Positions 1-6,877 of a stretch of DNA of 41,355 nt are shown one piece after another (positions within the stretch are counted from its first letter, which is position 1; each line of letters opens with the position of its first letter). The notes under the pieces were generated by a model. That model made no database searches, was not told the origin of the DNA, and saw nothing but the letters and a program-made list of their open reading frames with translations. A program made the translations under genes and the position numbers. The stretch spans positions 1-41,355 of the forward strand of contig JBKJHK010000003.1 in the NCBI GenBank assembly GCA_046599035.1, written 5' to 3'. This DNA comes from Parcubacteria group bacterium (lineage in GTDB: Bacteria > Patescibacteriota > Minisyncoccia > Phycocordibacterales > DATDWN01).

Positions 1-149
1 AGTTCACAGATGAAGAGTCTCTCAACATCCTTTTCTTTAACAATATCTCGGGCAACCCTCAACGCCTCATCGGGACTGTCTGTAATAAAGCGCGGGGCTC
101 TCCCAGAGATGAGCGAATCTAAATAATGGGAACTTAGTATCAAATACAC
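1..149 (-). CDS. hypothetical protein, N-terminal fragment running off the window edge
   Basis: Hand translation from GTG at 149, with AGGAG 5 nt upstream, gives VYLILSSHYLDSLISGRAPRFITDSPDEALRVARDIVKEKDVERLFICE and stays open to position 1. No family recognised. Confidence 0.3.
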   Translation of the reverse strand, partial: MYLILSSHYLDSLISGRAPRFITDSPDEALRVARDIVKEKDVERLFICE

Positions 150-201
150 AACTTCTCCTTTCTTAGGACATATTACACACTCAGCAGAAAAACACAAATA
201 C

Positions 202-229
202 AAAAGGCACACCCGGAGGCGCGCCTTTT
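202..229 (-). terminator. intrinsic terminator downstream of rplK
   Basis: Minus-strand RNA is AAAAGGCGCGCC-UCCG-GGUGUGCCUUUU. The 8-bp GC stem (with G-U pairs) is flanked by A and U runs and followed by a U-rich tract. Confidence 0.6.
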
Positions 230-277
230 GTTTGATTAGTATACCAGATACCTATTTCAAGTCAACTGTATTCCAGT

Positions 278-394
278 AACTTTCACAATCTGGATGAAAT
301 CCGCGGCGGACAAGAAAAATATTTGTAGACGTACTCGTTGTACGGCGGAAAATATTTTTTGCAGTCCAACAAAGGAGTTCGCCAGATTTGGAAG
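278..394. repeat. palindromic intergenic repeat, family A subfamily i, copy A1 (about 117 nt)
   Basis: The termini AACTTTCACAATCTGGATGAAATCCG and GAGTTCGCCAGATTTGGAAGTT are about 80% reverse-complementary to each other. They match copy A3 at 24/26 and 19/22 positions. The core is self-complementary (AAAAATATT..CGTAC-TCGTT-GTACG..AATATTTTT). The element ends on the rplK stop codon. Confidence 0.6.
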
Positions 395-817
395 TTACTT
401 CACGTCCACGCCCATTGAGCGAGCAGATCCAGCAATAATCTTCATCGCCGCTTCCACATCATGAGCATTGAGATCTACCATTTTCTTTTCTGCAATCTCC
501 TTGAGCTGAGCTCTGGTGAGCGTACCGATCTTTGAAGTCGCATTTTTACCTGAACCCTTTTCTTTTCCAAGCGCTTTCAAGATGAGACTTGATGCTGGTG
601 GAGTTTTAAGTACAAAGGTAAATGTTCGGTCTTCGTATACTGTAATTTCTACAGGTACGATATCACCCATCATCTTTGAGGTCGCATCGTTAAATTGCTT
701 TACGAACTCACCAATCGCAACACCTGCCTGTCCAAGAGCTGGACCGACTGGAGGAGCTGGGTTTGCTTTACCCGCAGGGATAACGAGTTTTAGTTTTTTT
801 GTTATTTTTTTAGCCAT
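395..817 (-). CDS. rplK: 50S ribosomal protein L11
   Basis: 140 aa with the conserved L11 N-terminal motif [17 protein letters not shown] and full-length similarity. It lies downstream of nusG as in the canonical cluster. Confidence 0.97.
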   Translation of the reverse strand: MAKKITKKLKLVIPAGKANPAPPVGPALGQAGVAIGEFVKQFNDATSKMMGDIVPVEITVYEDRTFTFVLKTPPASSLILKALGKEKGSGKNATSKIGTLTRAQLKEIAEKKMVDLNAHDVEAAMKIIAGSARSMGVDVK

Positions 818-865
818 AGTATTTTTGGAATTTTAATTAAAATCCCGAGAAGCGCGGGAAACGAC

Positions 866-894
866 ACTATACATTGTTTTTGAACTAAATTCAA
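866..894 (-). promoter_or_regulatory. candidate sigma70-type promoter for rplK
   Basis: On the minus strand, TTGAAT (889-894) is followed by a 17-nt spacer and TATAGT (866-871). The predicted leader contains a small hairpin, UCCCG-CGCUUCU-CGGGA plus UUUU (843-859), about 25 nt before the ATG. Confidence 0.4.
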
Positions 895-920
895 CTTACC
901 TTAAAATTGGAAGTTTTTAA

Positions 921-1038
921 AATAGCAAAATTTGAGCAAAGTTCTAGGCGGACTAGGAATTTGAGTGGAGGCGTACTAATGTACGATGACAATCAAATTG
1001 CCGACGTCCAACAACGAAATTTGCCAAATTTGGGTATT
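921..1038. repeat. palindromic intergenic repeat, family A subfamily ii, copy A2 (about 118 nt)
   Basis: The arms AATAGCAAAATTTGAGCAAAGTTCTAGGCGGAC and GTCCAACAACGAAATTTGCCAAATTTGGGTATT are mutually complementary. Stretches of 20/20 and 19/19 nt are identical to the inverted copy A4. The core hairpin is AATTTGA..CGTAC-TAAT-GTACG..TCAAATT. The element abuts the nusG stop codon. A partial extra arm, AAAATTGGAAGTTTTT, lies at 904-919. Confidence 0.55.
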
Positions 1039-1584
1039 TTAACTTTTTCGAACTTGGAGGAAGTCGAGTTCGACAGGAGTCTCTCGCCCAAACATAGCAA
1101 CAAGCACCTTCACCTTACCTCGCTCTTCATCGACATCTGACACCTTACCTTCAAGGTCTTTGAACGGTCCGTCAACAATAGAAACCATATCACCCACTAT
1201 AAGATCGATCTTGTGTTTCGCTGTGTGTGCATTCATACGAGCAAAGAGAGAGTCCACTTCTTTCTTGTCTACAGGCACTGGAAATACTCCAGATCCGACG
1301 AACCCAGTCACACGAGGAGTATTTCGCACCACATACCATGAATCGTCGGTTACGATCATATCTACAAGTACATAGCCCGGATAGATTTTTTCCTCTTCTT
1401 CTACTCGCTTGCCACCTTTGATCTTGATCTTTTTTTCAACAGGAACGACAACATCAAAGATCTTGTCTTCCATAGCTAAAGACTCGATACGCTGCTTCAA
1501 GTTTCTCTGCACCGCATTTTCATATCCTGCATATGTATGGATCACGTACCAATTGCGACCCTCGCCGATTTGTTGTTTTGACAT
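1039..1584 (-). CDS. nusG: transcription termination/antitermination factor NusG
   Basis: 181 aa with an NGN-domain start (WYVIHTYAGYENAV) and a C-terminal KOW motif (GDMVSIVDGPFKDLEGKV). Gene order is secE-nusG-rplK. Confidence 0.95.
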   Translation of the reverse strand: MSKQQIGEGRNWYVIHTYAGYENAVQRNLKQRIESLAMEDKIFDVVVPVEKKIKIKGGKRVEEEEKIYPGYVLVDMIVTDDSWYVVRNTPRVTGFVGSGVFPVPVDKKEVDSLFARMNAHTAKHKIDLIVGDMVSIVDGPFKDLEGKVSDVDEERGKVKVLVAMFGRETPVELDFLQVRKS

Positions 1585-1593
1585 AGTGTTAAA

Positions 1594-1626
1594 TAGAAGT
1601 TAGATAATAGAAGTTAGAAGTAAGAG
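1594..1626. repeat. short heptamer-type tandem repeat (AGAAGTT-like), copy C1
   Basis: TAGAAGTTAGATAATAGAAGTTAGAAGTAAGAG fills the 43-nt secE-nusG spacer. It is homologous to the longer array at 40240-40302. Confidence 0.5.
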
Positions 1627-1627
1627 A

Positions 1628-1807
1628 TTAGAGAACAAATTTTTCTAATACAATCTTGAAAATGTAGTCAAACAATCCGAGAAAAAATGCTACACCAAAA
1701 GAGACGAGAATCACGACGACCGTAAAGACTATTGCTTGGCCGCGAGTTGGCCATGTCACATGTTTAAGTTCCACTTGTGTTTCTTTGAAGTATTGTATAA
1801 GGCTCAT
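1628..1807 (-). CDS. secE: preprotein translocase subunit SecE
   Basis: A 59-aa ORF below the track cutoff. Hand translation is MSLIQYFKETQVELKHVTWPTRGQAIVFTVVVILVSFGVAFFLGLFDYIFKIVLEKFVL. It has the SecE-type E..KV.WP motif and one TM segment, and lies directly upstream of nusG. Confidence 0.85.
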   Translation of the reverse strand: MSLIQYFKETQVELKHVTWPTRGQAIVFTVVVILVSFGVAFFLGLFDYIFKIVLEKFVL

Positions 1808-1915
1808 AATTTTGGTTTGAAAAAAGCCCCCTTGGGCCGATTAATATGTATATATAATACTCTTCCTCATGTTAGATGTCAATAGAACTATACCAAGAAA
1901 AATTATATGAGAAAA

Positions 1916-1948
1916 GCCCAGCTTCAGTTTTTTAGACTGAGGCTGGGC
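1916..1948 (-). terminator. intrinsic terminator after the GC-rich orphan gene
   Basis: A 13-bp stem, GCCCAGCCUCAGU/ACUGAAGCUGGGC, with one mismatch. On the minus strand it is followed by UUUUCUC. Confidence 0.6.
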
Positions 1949-1997
1949 CGAAATTTGGGGCGGAAGGATCAAAGGATCCAATGATTGATTTGAGCGA

Positions 1998-2750
1998 CTA
2001 AGTACCCGAGGTCTCAGATAAGTCGCAGAAGCACAGAAGGCAAAAGCCGTCACTCCAGAAACCCCCGAAGCTGACGAGGTCGAACACGAAGTCACCACCG
2101 GAGTACGCGTGCACATAAGGCATCCTGTGGTCGCCGTCGCCGAACCAAAGCGCATCTTTCTCGTCAAAGGAGATGGACCACTTACCTTTCGGTAGGCTGG
2201 CCTTACCTTGTTCGTATGCGAGACTTGCGCCTTGCGCACCGACGAGCAGGCCGTTCTCGGACTTGATTTTGACGAGACACTCTTCTGAGCTCACCGACTT
2301 CCCAGACTTGATCCCGAAGATCTTGACCTGGAATTTCCGACCGGGCGCAAGCTGGATTGTCGCCTTGCCGAAGTTCGCGTCGGTGATGTTCTCGTTGTAG
2401 TAGTAGAACTGTTTCTTTTTTTCTTCAGTTTCTACTTCCGGCTGGTACACCGCTTTGAAGTCGGTCAAGCGAGTGGAGTGGTTGTAGCCATCCGGAACCG
2501 TGAGTTGAAACGTCGTGAGAAGTTCAAACTTGTCAGGTCTCGGTTTCGGTGGAGTGACCACCACCATTTTTTGTTCGGTGATAATCGCTCCCTCCAATAC
2601 CTTTTGCAGAGTAGTGTTAACTGCGGCCGGATCAAGTCCGCCCGCTTTGTACTGACGAATGAGTTCCGGAATCCTATTTTCGAGTAGAATTTCCCATTCC
2701 TCTGCAGTCGGTTTTCTTTTAGCTACCGCCTCGACAACTTGAGTCGCCAT
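1998..2750 (-). CDS. hypothetical protein (250 aa), GC-rich relative to its neighbours
   Basis: A long ORF with an AGGAG RBS, its own consensus promoter and its own terminator. No family recognised. Line 2101-2160 counts 35/60 G+C, against 23/60 for a sample line in the RND gene. Confidence 0.7.
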   Translation of the reverse strand: MATQVVEAVAKRKPTAEEWEILLENRIPELIRQYKAGGLDPAAVNTTLQKVLEGAIITEQKMVVVTPPKPRPDKFELLTTFQLTVPDGYNHSTRLTDFKAVYQPEVETEEKKKQFYYYNENITDANFGKATIQLAPGRKFQVKIFGIKSGKSVSSEECLVKIKSENGLLVGAQGASLAYEQGKASLPKGKWSISFDEKDALWFGDGDHRMPYVHAYSGGDFVFDLVSFGGFWSDGFCLLCFCDLSETSGT

Positions 2751-2791
2751 ACGACAGTCTCCTTTCCGGGTTGACCGGATTTTCTATGTAT

Positions 2792-2820
2792 ATTATACAC
2801 CTAGCATACCTACTTGTCAA
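2792..2820 (-). promoter_or_regulatory. consensus sigma70 promoter for ORF 1998-2750
   Basis: On the minus strand, TTGACA (2815-2820), an exact 17-nt spacer and TATAAT (2792-2797). AGGAG lies 7 nt before the ATG. Confidence 0.6.
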
Positions 2821-2836
2821 GATGGTTGCACGTAGC

Positions 2837-2864
2837 AAAAAACGCCTCAGTTAAGGCGTTTTTT
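2837..2864. terminator. bidirectional-type intrinsic terminator
   Basis: AAAAAACGCCT-CAGTTA-AGGCGTTTTTT lies downstream of the SIMPL gene and repeat A3. Confidence 0.6.
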
Positions 2865-2884
2865 GGTAATTCTTACTTTCCTAA

Positions 2885-3004
2885 AACTTTCACAATTTGA
2901 ATGAAATCCGACGTGAGAAATTAAAAATACGAGGAGCCTTACTTAATGGTAAGGTGACGAGAATTTTTAATTTGGGAACGAGGAGTTCATCAAATTTGGA
3001 AGTT
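2885..3004. repeat. palindromic intergenic repeat, family A subfamily i, copy A3 (about 120 nt)
   Basis: The termini are the same as A1 (AACTTTCACAATTTGAATGAAATCCG and GAGTTCATCAAATTTGGAAGTT). The core is unrelated but self-complementary (AAATTAAAAAT..CCTTAC-TTAATG-GTAAGG..ATTTTTAATTT). It ends 4 nt from the stop codon at 3009. Confidence 0.6.
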
Positions 3005-3008
3005 TTAA

Positions 3009-3812
3009 TTACTTGATTGAATAGGTAATGGTAACCATAGTCGTCAACTTGTTTTCCCCTGCAGGGAGTTTTGGTGCAACCTTTGCATCGAACTCGTACG
3101 CAGCTCCTTCATACGATCCTGACATCATTGGAGGATATGCATCCTGACCTGTCTCATAGAAACTCATGATTCTATCAAACTTTACTCCGAGTTCCTTTGC
3201 GAGAACTTTTGCTTTTTCTTTCGCATCTTTGATTGCTTGCTTTCTTATTTCTGCTTTTGCTGCTTCCATGTCGTCAACCACAAAACTGAGGCCTGAAACA
3301 TTTGATACATTCAAACCTCCGACAAGTGCGAGCATGTCGCCTGCTTTTTCAATATTCCGCACTTTTACTTCGATCGACTGATTTACCTCATATCCGACAA
3401 GTACAGATTTACTTGGAGGACATGAATACGGTGTACACACAGCATTGGAGTACTCGTATTTTGGATACATATTGTAAGAAATAGTCTTCACGTCTTTTTC
3501 TGGAATATCCGCTTTCTTTAGAGCATCGAGCACCGCATTGGTCTTTGCAGTCGCCTTTGTCTGTGCTTCTGTAGCAGTCTTTCCTTCTTCAAGGACGGTA
3601 TAGTTGAAAGATGCAATATCTGGCTTTACATAGGTCTCTCCCTTTCCAGTTACCGAAACAGTATTCATTACTGGAACATCTTTGCCAATATATGAATATT
3701 CTTTGAGTGCGCTAATTGCCTTTATTCCCAAAAAAACAGCGAGCACGATCACAAGGATCATGATATATTTTGCGATTTGTCGCTTATCTGCTGGGTCCAT
3801 TAATGTTTCCAT
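3009..3812 (-). CDS. SIMPL-domain (DUF541) protein with N-terminal membrane anchor
   Basis: 267 aa with one N-terminal TM segment. The pattern VSVTGKGE..V.PD.A, a central VGY.V.Q...V.V segment and the C-terminal VTITY are typical of SIMPL / 26-kDa periplasmic immunogenic proteins. Confidence 0.85.
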   Translation of the reverse strand: METLMDPADKRQIAKYIMILVIVLAVFLGIKAISALKEYSYIGKDVPVMNTVSVTGKGETYVKPDIASFNYTVLEEGKTATEAQTKATAKTNAVLDALKKADIPEKDVKTISYNMYPKYEYSNAVCTPYSCPPSKSVLVGYEVNQSIEVKVRNIEKAGDMLALVGGLNVSNVSGLSFVVDDMEAAKAEIRKQAIKDAKEKAKVLAKELGVKFDRIMSFYETGQDAYPPMMSGSYEGAAYEFDAKVAPKLPAGENKLTTMVTITYSIK

Positions 3813-3843
3813 AGTACTTAAGTCTTATCTTATAATCTGGCAA

Positions 3844-4707
3844 TTATACCATATTTTGATACATCTTCACCACTTGTTCAAAAAGACAGGCCACGGTTAA
3901 AGGCCCTACTCCGCCGGGAACCGGAGATATGGCAGAGACAAGAGGATAGACGGAAGCTTTATCAACATCTCCAACAAGAGCACCGTCTACGCGGTGAATT
4001 CCGACATCAATCACTACTGTACCTTTCGCGTTGTCAATCCAATCACCAGTTACAAATTCAGGCACTCCGCAGGCTACCACCAGCACGTCTGCTCTTCGAG
4101 AAAGCACCTTGGGATCTTCAGTTTGTCGATGAATAACCAAAACCTTGGCTCCACGAAGTCTGAGGAGTTCTGCCGTCGGTTTCCCTACCAAAGCCGATCT
4201 GCCGATCACCACCACCTCCTTATCCCTCAGCGCTATAGTGTAATATTCGAGTAATGCCAGAACTGCTCGAGCAGTTGCTGGTGCAGAATATTCATCTCCT
4301 TCTTCCAGTTTCTTTTGATGATACAGCGTCAGACAGTCCACATCTTTATCTGGAATGATACATTCGATAACAGTCCGATCGATATGTGTCGGGAGCGGCA
4401 GCTGAAGGATAATCCCACTTACCGACTGGTCCGCATTATGCATTTCTATTTCTCGTCCGAGCTCCTCTTTGGTCACTTCCTCACCGAGCTTTCTGTGTAG
4501 GACAAAAACACCGATCGACTCTCCAAACTTTATTTTCTGTTGTATATATACATTTGAATCATCTCTCTCGCCTATTTGAATAATGACAAGTTTTGGAGGT
4601 AACCTAAAATTATCGTGAAGACTTCTCACTTCTTCAGCAAGTTTTGCTCGCATTACATCACGTACGGTAAGACCACTTAAGATACGCGGTTGTGAAATCT
4701 CTTCCAT
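3844..4707 (-). CDS. folD: bifunctional methylenetetrahydrofolate dehydrogenase/cyclohydrolase
   Basis: 287 aa with FolD motifs: GIILQLPLP, PATARAVLALLEYY, VVVIGRSALVGKP and SPVPGGVGPLTVACL. Confidence 0.95.
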   Translation of the reverse strand: MEEISQPRILSGLTVRDVMRAKLAEEVRSLHDNFRLPPKLVIIQIGERDDSNVYIQQKIKFGESIGVFVLHRKLGEEVTKEELGREIEMHNADQSVSGIILQLPLPTHIDRTVIECIIPDKDVDCLTLYHQKKLEEGDEYSAPATARAVLALLEYYTIALRDKEVVVIGRSALVGKPTAELLRLRGAKVLVIHRQTEDPKVLSRRADVLVVACGVPEFVTGDWIDNAKGTVVIDVGIHRVDGALVGDVDKASVYPLVSAISPVPGGVGPLTVACLFEQVVKMYQNMV

Positions 4708-5210
4708 AGATAATCTGAGACGATAAGTGCAAGCACTCCAATAATAAATCCTACAATAACATCAGAGAACCAGTGTACACCTAAATACAGCCGGCTCATA
4801 CCGACAGCAATGGGTACAAGCACGCAGAAGGCAATGTGGATATACCGGTGAGCTCTGTTTCTGTCATGTCGCATAAAACGCAAGAAAAAAAGAAAGAATG
4901 TGGTAGCAAGGGCAGTATGAGCTGAAGGAAAGCTTGGACCGTATGCAGTAATGAGTCCGAACTCTGGCCTGGGTACATTGATCCAGATCTTTACTGTCCA
5001 CACAAGCAAGTAAGAAAAACTCAGTGCTCCCCAGAATTCGATAAGAGATTTGCGACTACTCCATTTGTAGAGAAAAAAAGAAACAATGAGAAACAGTAGA
5101 AACCCAGGAACTGCATTGAAAAACCAGGTAATGCTATAAAAAGAATATGTCAAAAAAGGACTTTGGATAGACTGGAAAAATTCAAATACTTTTAAGTCAA
5201 TTATGTTCAT
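4677..5210 (-). CDS. PAP2-family phosphatase (membrane)
   Basis: PAP2 motifs PSFPSAHTA and SRLYLGVHWFSDV in a multi-TM protein. ATG 5210 (MNIIDLK) is preferred. The track ORF extends to a GTG at 5276. Confidence 0.85.
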   Translation of the reverse strand: MNIIDLKVFEFFQSIQSPFLTYSFYSITWFFNAVPGFLLFLIVSFFLYKWSSRKSLIEFWGALSFSYLLVWTVKIWINVPRPEFGLITAYGPSFPSAHTALATTFFLFFLRFMRHDRNRAHRYIHIAFCVLVPIAVGMSRLYLGVHWFSDVIVGFIIGVLALIVSDYLWKRFHNRVS

Positions 5211-5224
5211 GTAGATAGTATATC

Positions 5225-5253
5225 TTGACTCTTTATTTGAGGCTAGATAAGAT
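5225..5253 (+). promoter_or_regulatory. candidate promoter of the plus-strand mini transcription unit
   Basis: TTGACT (5225-5230), a 17-nt spacer and TAAGAT (5248-5253). The predicted start is only about 5 nt before ATG 5266. Confidence 0.4.
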
Positions 5254-5265
5254 ATAAAAAGAATT

Positions 5266-5448
5266 ATGCCCCACACTGAATGCCAAGATCTTTCAGCTTT
5301 GTTTGGTTACAGAAAAGACGGAGGAGATGAAAAAGTTCTTCTGCCTCCTATACCCAAAGTTGCACCACAAACTGGACCCCATATGGAGGAGCCACTCCTC
5401 TACCCACAAGGGACAGAGCCCTACGAGTGGCCAGATAATACCGACTGA
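5266..5448 (+). CDS. candidate 60-aa acidic Pro-rich small protein, or alternatively a structured non-coding RNA
   Basis: The ORF MPHTECQDLSALFGYRKDGGDEKVLLPPIPKVAPQTGPHMEEPLLYPQGTEPYEWPDNTD ends 8-10 nt before a strong terminator. The region is locally GC-rich (line 5341-5400 counts 33/60). There is no SD and no recognisable family. Confidence 0.35.
   Translation: MPHTECQDLSALFGYRKDGGDEKVLLPPIPKVAPQTGPHMEEPLLYPQGTEPYEWPDNTD
5311..5348 (-). terminator. possible minus-strand terminator or attenuator hairpin upstream of the PAP2-folD genes
   Basis: Minus-strand RNA is GGAGG-C-AGAAGAA-CUUU-UUCAUCU-CCUCC followed by GUCUUUUCU. The stem has one mismatch and one bulge. Confidence 0.4.
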
Positions 5449-5455
5449 CCCCATA

Positions 5456-5495
5456 TTGCGTGCACCGACTTCTGTCGGTGCACGCAACTTTTTTT
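5456..5495 (+). terminator. strong intrinsic terminator (plus strand)
   Basis: A perfect 14-bp stem, TTGCGTGCACCGAC-TTCT-GTCGGTGCACGCAA, followed by a run of seven T residues. Confidence 0.8.
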
Positions 5496-5498
5496 GTA

Positions 5499-6389
5499 TT
5501 AAAATATTGCTCGAGCAAAAATACCTGCAGGGAGCAAGCGCTCCGTGTCTGACTCTTTGATTGCAAGCTCTCCTGATTCAATAGCAGCTTTTGGAAGAAC
5601 ACCTTTCAATGCATTTGCGTACGAAAGATGCGAATATTCTGAAGCATACCCGCTCACTACTACAAACAAAGGGTTATCCGAAAGCAATTCTACTACTCGA
5701 CCGAGAAGTGGAAGAAGGTCACTGTCGATATGCCACATTTGTTCTTTGTTTCCTTTTTTAACTCCCTTTCCATAGACTGGCGGGTCCATTAAAATTGCAT
5801 CGTAGGTCACTCCCCGCTTTATATCTCGCTCAACAAATTTACGCACGTCATCAAGCATGAATCGAATGTTTGCATTCTCAAGCCCTGCACACTTTTTGTT
5901 TTCATGTGCCCAGGTAATAGCAGCTTTTGAACTGTCTACATGAGTTACTTCAGCACCTGCGGCAGCCAAAGCCATTGTGGCTCCCCCTGTGTATCCAAAA
6001 AGATTGAGTATCTTGATTTCCCCCGACTTTACAGACTTTATGGACTTTCGACTTTCGACTTGTTTTATCATCCACTCCCATTGAGCTACTTGCTCGGGAA
6101 AGACTCCGACGTGCTTGTTATTTCCGAGCTTAAGAAGAAGCGGGTGTTTGTCAAACGTACAATTCCATTTCTGCGGAAATGTCTTTTTAGTATTCCATTT
6201 TGCACCACGCTCCCCACCTCTGAAATGCGCATGCGCACCCTCCCAGACTGATGCACTTTTTTGTTTGTTCCAAAGCACTTCGGGGTCCGGACGAGCAAGG
6301 ACAATATCCCCGAAGCGCTCGAGTTTTTCTCCGTCGCCTGAGTCGAGCAGCTCATAGTCTTTTTCTGCTTTTGTTATAAGAATCGTCAT
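5499..6389 (-). CDS. class I SAM-dependent methyltransferase (RlmI/RlmK-like, Methyltrans_SAM type)
   Basis: 296 aa with the motif LNLFGYTGGATMALAAAGAEVTHVDSS and the downstream ILMDPPVYG, as in the rRNA large-subunit methyltransferase I/K catalytic domains. Confidence 0.85.
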   Translation of the reverse strand: MTILITKAEKDYELLDSGDGEKLERFGDIVLARPDPEVLWNKQKSASVWEGAHAHFRGGERGAKWNTKKTFPQKWNCTFDKHPLLLKLGNNKHVGVFPEQVAQWEWMIKQVESRKSIKSVKSGEIKILNLFGYTGGATMALAAAGAEVTHVDSSKAAITWAHENKKCAGLENANIRFMLDDVRKFVERDIKRGVTYDAILMDPPVYGKGVKKGNKEQMWHIDSDLLPLLGRVVELLSDNPLFVVVSGYASEYSHLSYANALKGVLPKAAIESGELAIKESDTERLLPAGIFARAIF

Positions 6390-6390
6390 A

Positions 6391-6873
6391 TTAGTAGACC
6401 ACTACATTACCCACATTTTCTGGATGAAGTGAATTGTAATATTCCCAAATGCCGCTGTATACAAAATTGAATACGTACTCTCCATTTAATCCAAGTGCTT
6501 TCGGCTGATTGAGATCAGAAAAAGGTGGCTTGGCCGAACTGCTTGCAAAAATACGCATCGATGTATCTGTCTTGTTTACGAATTTTACTGTCGCGCCTCT
6601 GGGAATTTGTATTTCACTTGGCTCAAAACCATCTTCCGTATATGTAACCACATACATATCTTTAGAGGTTACTGCTGCTTTCTCTGCAGTACTTTTTTTA
6701 GTACTTGTTTGCGAAACACGAGGCTGTACTCTCGTTCTAATTATTCCTTGACTTACAGTAGCCTGCTCAAGAGTTGGATTGATCACCAGCATAGGCCGAT
6801 CTGCCAACACAAAGTAGCCTCCTAGAATCAGTAAAACCCCTGTACCTAATAGAAAAAAATATTTTTTATTCAT
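6391..6873 (-). CDS. membrane-anchored cupredoxin-like domain protein
   Basis: An N-terminal TM segment followed by a C-terminal beta-sandwich-like pattern (EIQIPRGATVKFVNKTD ... GIWEYYNSLHPENVGNVVVY). It has no Cys, so it is probably not a type-1 copper site. ATG 6873 is preferred over GTG 6891. Confidence 0.6.
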   Translation of the reverse strand: MNKKYFFLLGTGVLLILGGYFVLADRPMLVINPTLEQATVSQGIIRTRVQPRVSQTSTKKSTAEKAAVTSKDMYVVTYTEDGFEPSEIQIPRGATVKFVNKTDTSMRIFASSSAKPPFSDLNQPKALGLNGEYVFNFVYSGIWEYYNSLHPENVGNVVVY

Positions 6874-6877
6874 CGTA

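Noticed and set aside
907-1140. 77-aa plus-strand ORF, and similarly the 63-aa ORF at 7909-8100.
   Set aside because: Both lie inside the palindromic repeat elements and, for 907-1140, antisense to nusG. The open frames are by-products of the repeats.
1841-2239. 132-aa minus-strand ORF overlapping the 3' end of ORF 1998-2750.
   Set aside because: It is an alternative frame of the GC-rich gene that runs through its terminator, and its translation is Ser/Thr/Arg-rich and implausible.
278-3004. Integron attC sites, because the elements are structured, have a variable core and sit at gene 3' ends.
   Set aside because: The termini do not match the RYYYAAC / GTTRRRY core sites, there is no intI, and the flanked genes (rplK, nusG) are essential housekeeping genes rather than cassettes.
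5211-5498. ZTP (pfl) or THF riboswitch upstream of the PAP2-folD genes.
   Set aside because: The conserved ZTP elements (GACUGGCG-type and CCGNCUGGGC-type boxes, as I recall them) and the THF motif features are not recognisable on the minus strand. An Infernal scan would settle it.
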